Source: Zygnema circumcarinatum SAG 698-1b
Lineage: Eukaryota > Plantae > Zygnematophyceae
Direction of reading: 5' to 3'
Length of the DNA stretch: 64,000 nucleotides
Assembly: GCA_037447605.1 (NCBI GenBank)
Contig: CM074812.1
Span: 434,001 to 498,000 of the forward strand
The notes under the pieces: model-generated
Seen by the model: the letters and a program-made list of their open reading frames with translations, nothing else
Told to the model about the DNA's origin: nothing
Database searches by the model: none
Made by a program: the position numbers and the translations under genes
Shown: piece after piece, positions 63,537 to 64,000 of the stretch
Position numbering within the stretch: the stretch's first letter is position 1
Layout of the letters: each line of letters starts with the position of its first letter

Positions 63537-64000
63537 CTGGGAAAGAAAGAATCAAACACAAACAAAAAAAGCCACGAAATGTTACTAAAGCAAAGCCTGT
63601 AAGGGCACAAGCAATCGGTGTGAAGAGGGGGGGTGGAGAATGATTGGAAAAACATCGAATTTTGTCTCTCCCTCTCACTCCACCACTCCCCCTCTCCCCC
63701 TCCTCTCACACTCACTCGCACCCCTACTCTCACTCTCTCTCCCCCACTCTCCCTTCACCTCTCCACCCCCCTCCCAGCCCGTCCTCTCTCTCGCCCCTCC
63801 TCTCTCTCTCCCCCCACTCTCTCTCTACCTCTCCACCCCCCTCCCAGCCCGTCGTCTCTCTCGCCCCTCCCTCTCTCTCTCCCCCCACTCTCTCTCCACT
63901 CTCCACTCCCCTCCCAGCCCGTCCTCCCTCCCACTCTCTCTTCCTCGCCTTCCTCTTCTGTCCCCCTTTTCACTCCTTTCCTTGCCTTCCTTACAATACC

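Overview
This is eukaryotic nuclear DNA, most likely from a streptophyte (plant-lineage) alga. That assignment is inferred from GT-AG introns, TTTAGGG-type telomere-like repeats and land-plant-type gene families occurring alongside an FO synthase. Non-coding space is saturated with GA/CT microsatellites, so most ORFs in the six-frame track (poly-SL/ER) are artefacts. Manual splicing gives 11 genes: (1) a 5'-truncated CofG-CofH (FbiC-type) FO/8-HDF synthase; (2) an MGNCGS-starting disordered protein with three RRLSLE(V/I)xK repeats; (3) a large acidic protein with an apparent DREPP/PCaP1-like N-terminal domain, 24-aa repeats and a C-terminal CC motif; (4) Ycf49/DUF2499; (5) an SMP-type LEA protein with one repeat per exon; (6) DPM1; (7) a short conserved coiled-coil protein; (8) a long protein containing an apparently catalytically dead family-I pyrophosphatase domain; (9) a CXE11/16-like carboxylesterase; (10) a BELL-like TALE homeobox gene; (11) a 5'-truncated DOMON-DOMON-cytochrome b561 protein. 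The window also holds two kinds of MITE-like elements, a tandem duplication containing an exon, interstitial telomere-like arrays and minisatellites. The best novelty candidates are the DREPP-like protein with a swapped lipid anchor, the pseudo-pyrophosphatase, the unusual DOMON protein and the divergent BELL homeodomain. All family assignments come from motif recognition; no searches were run.
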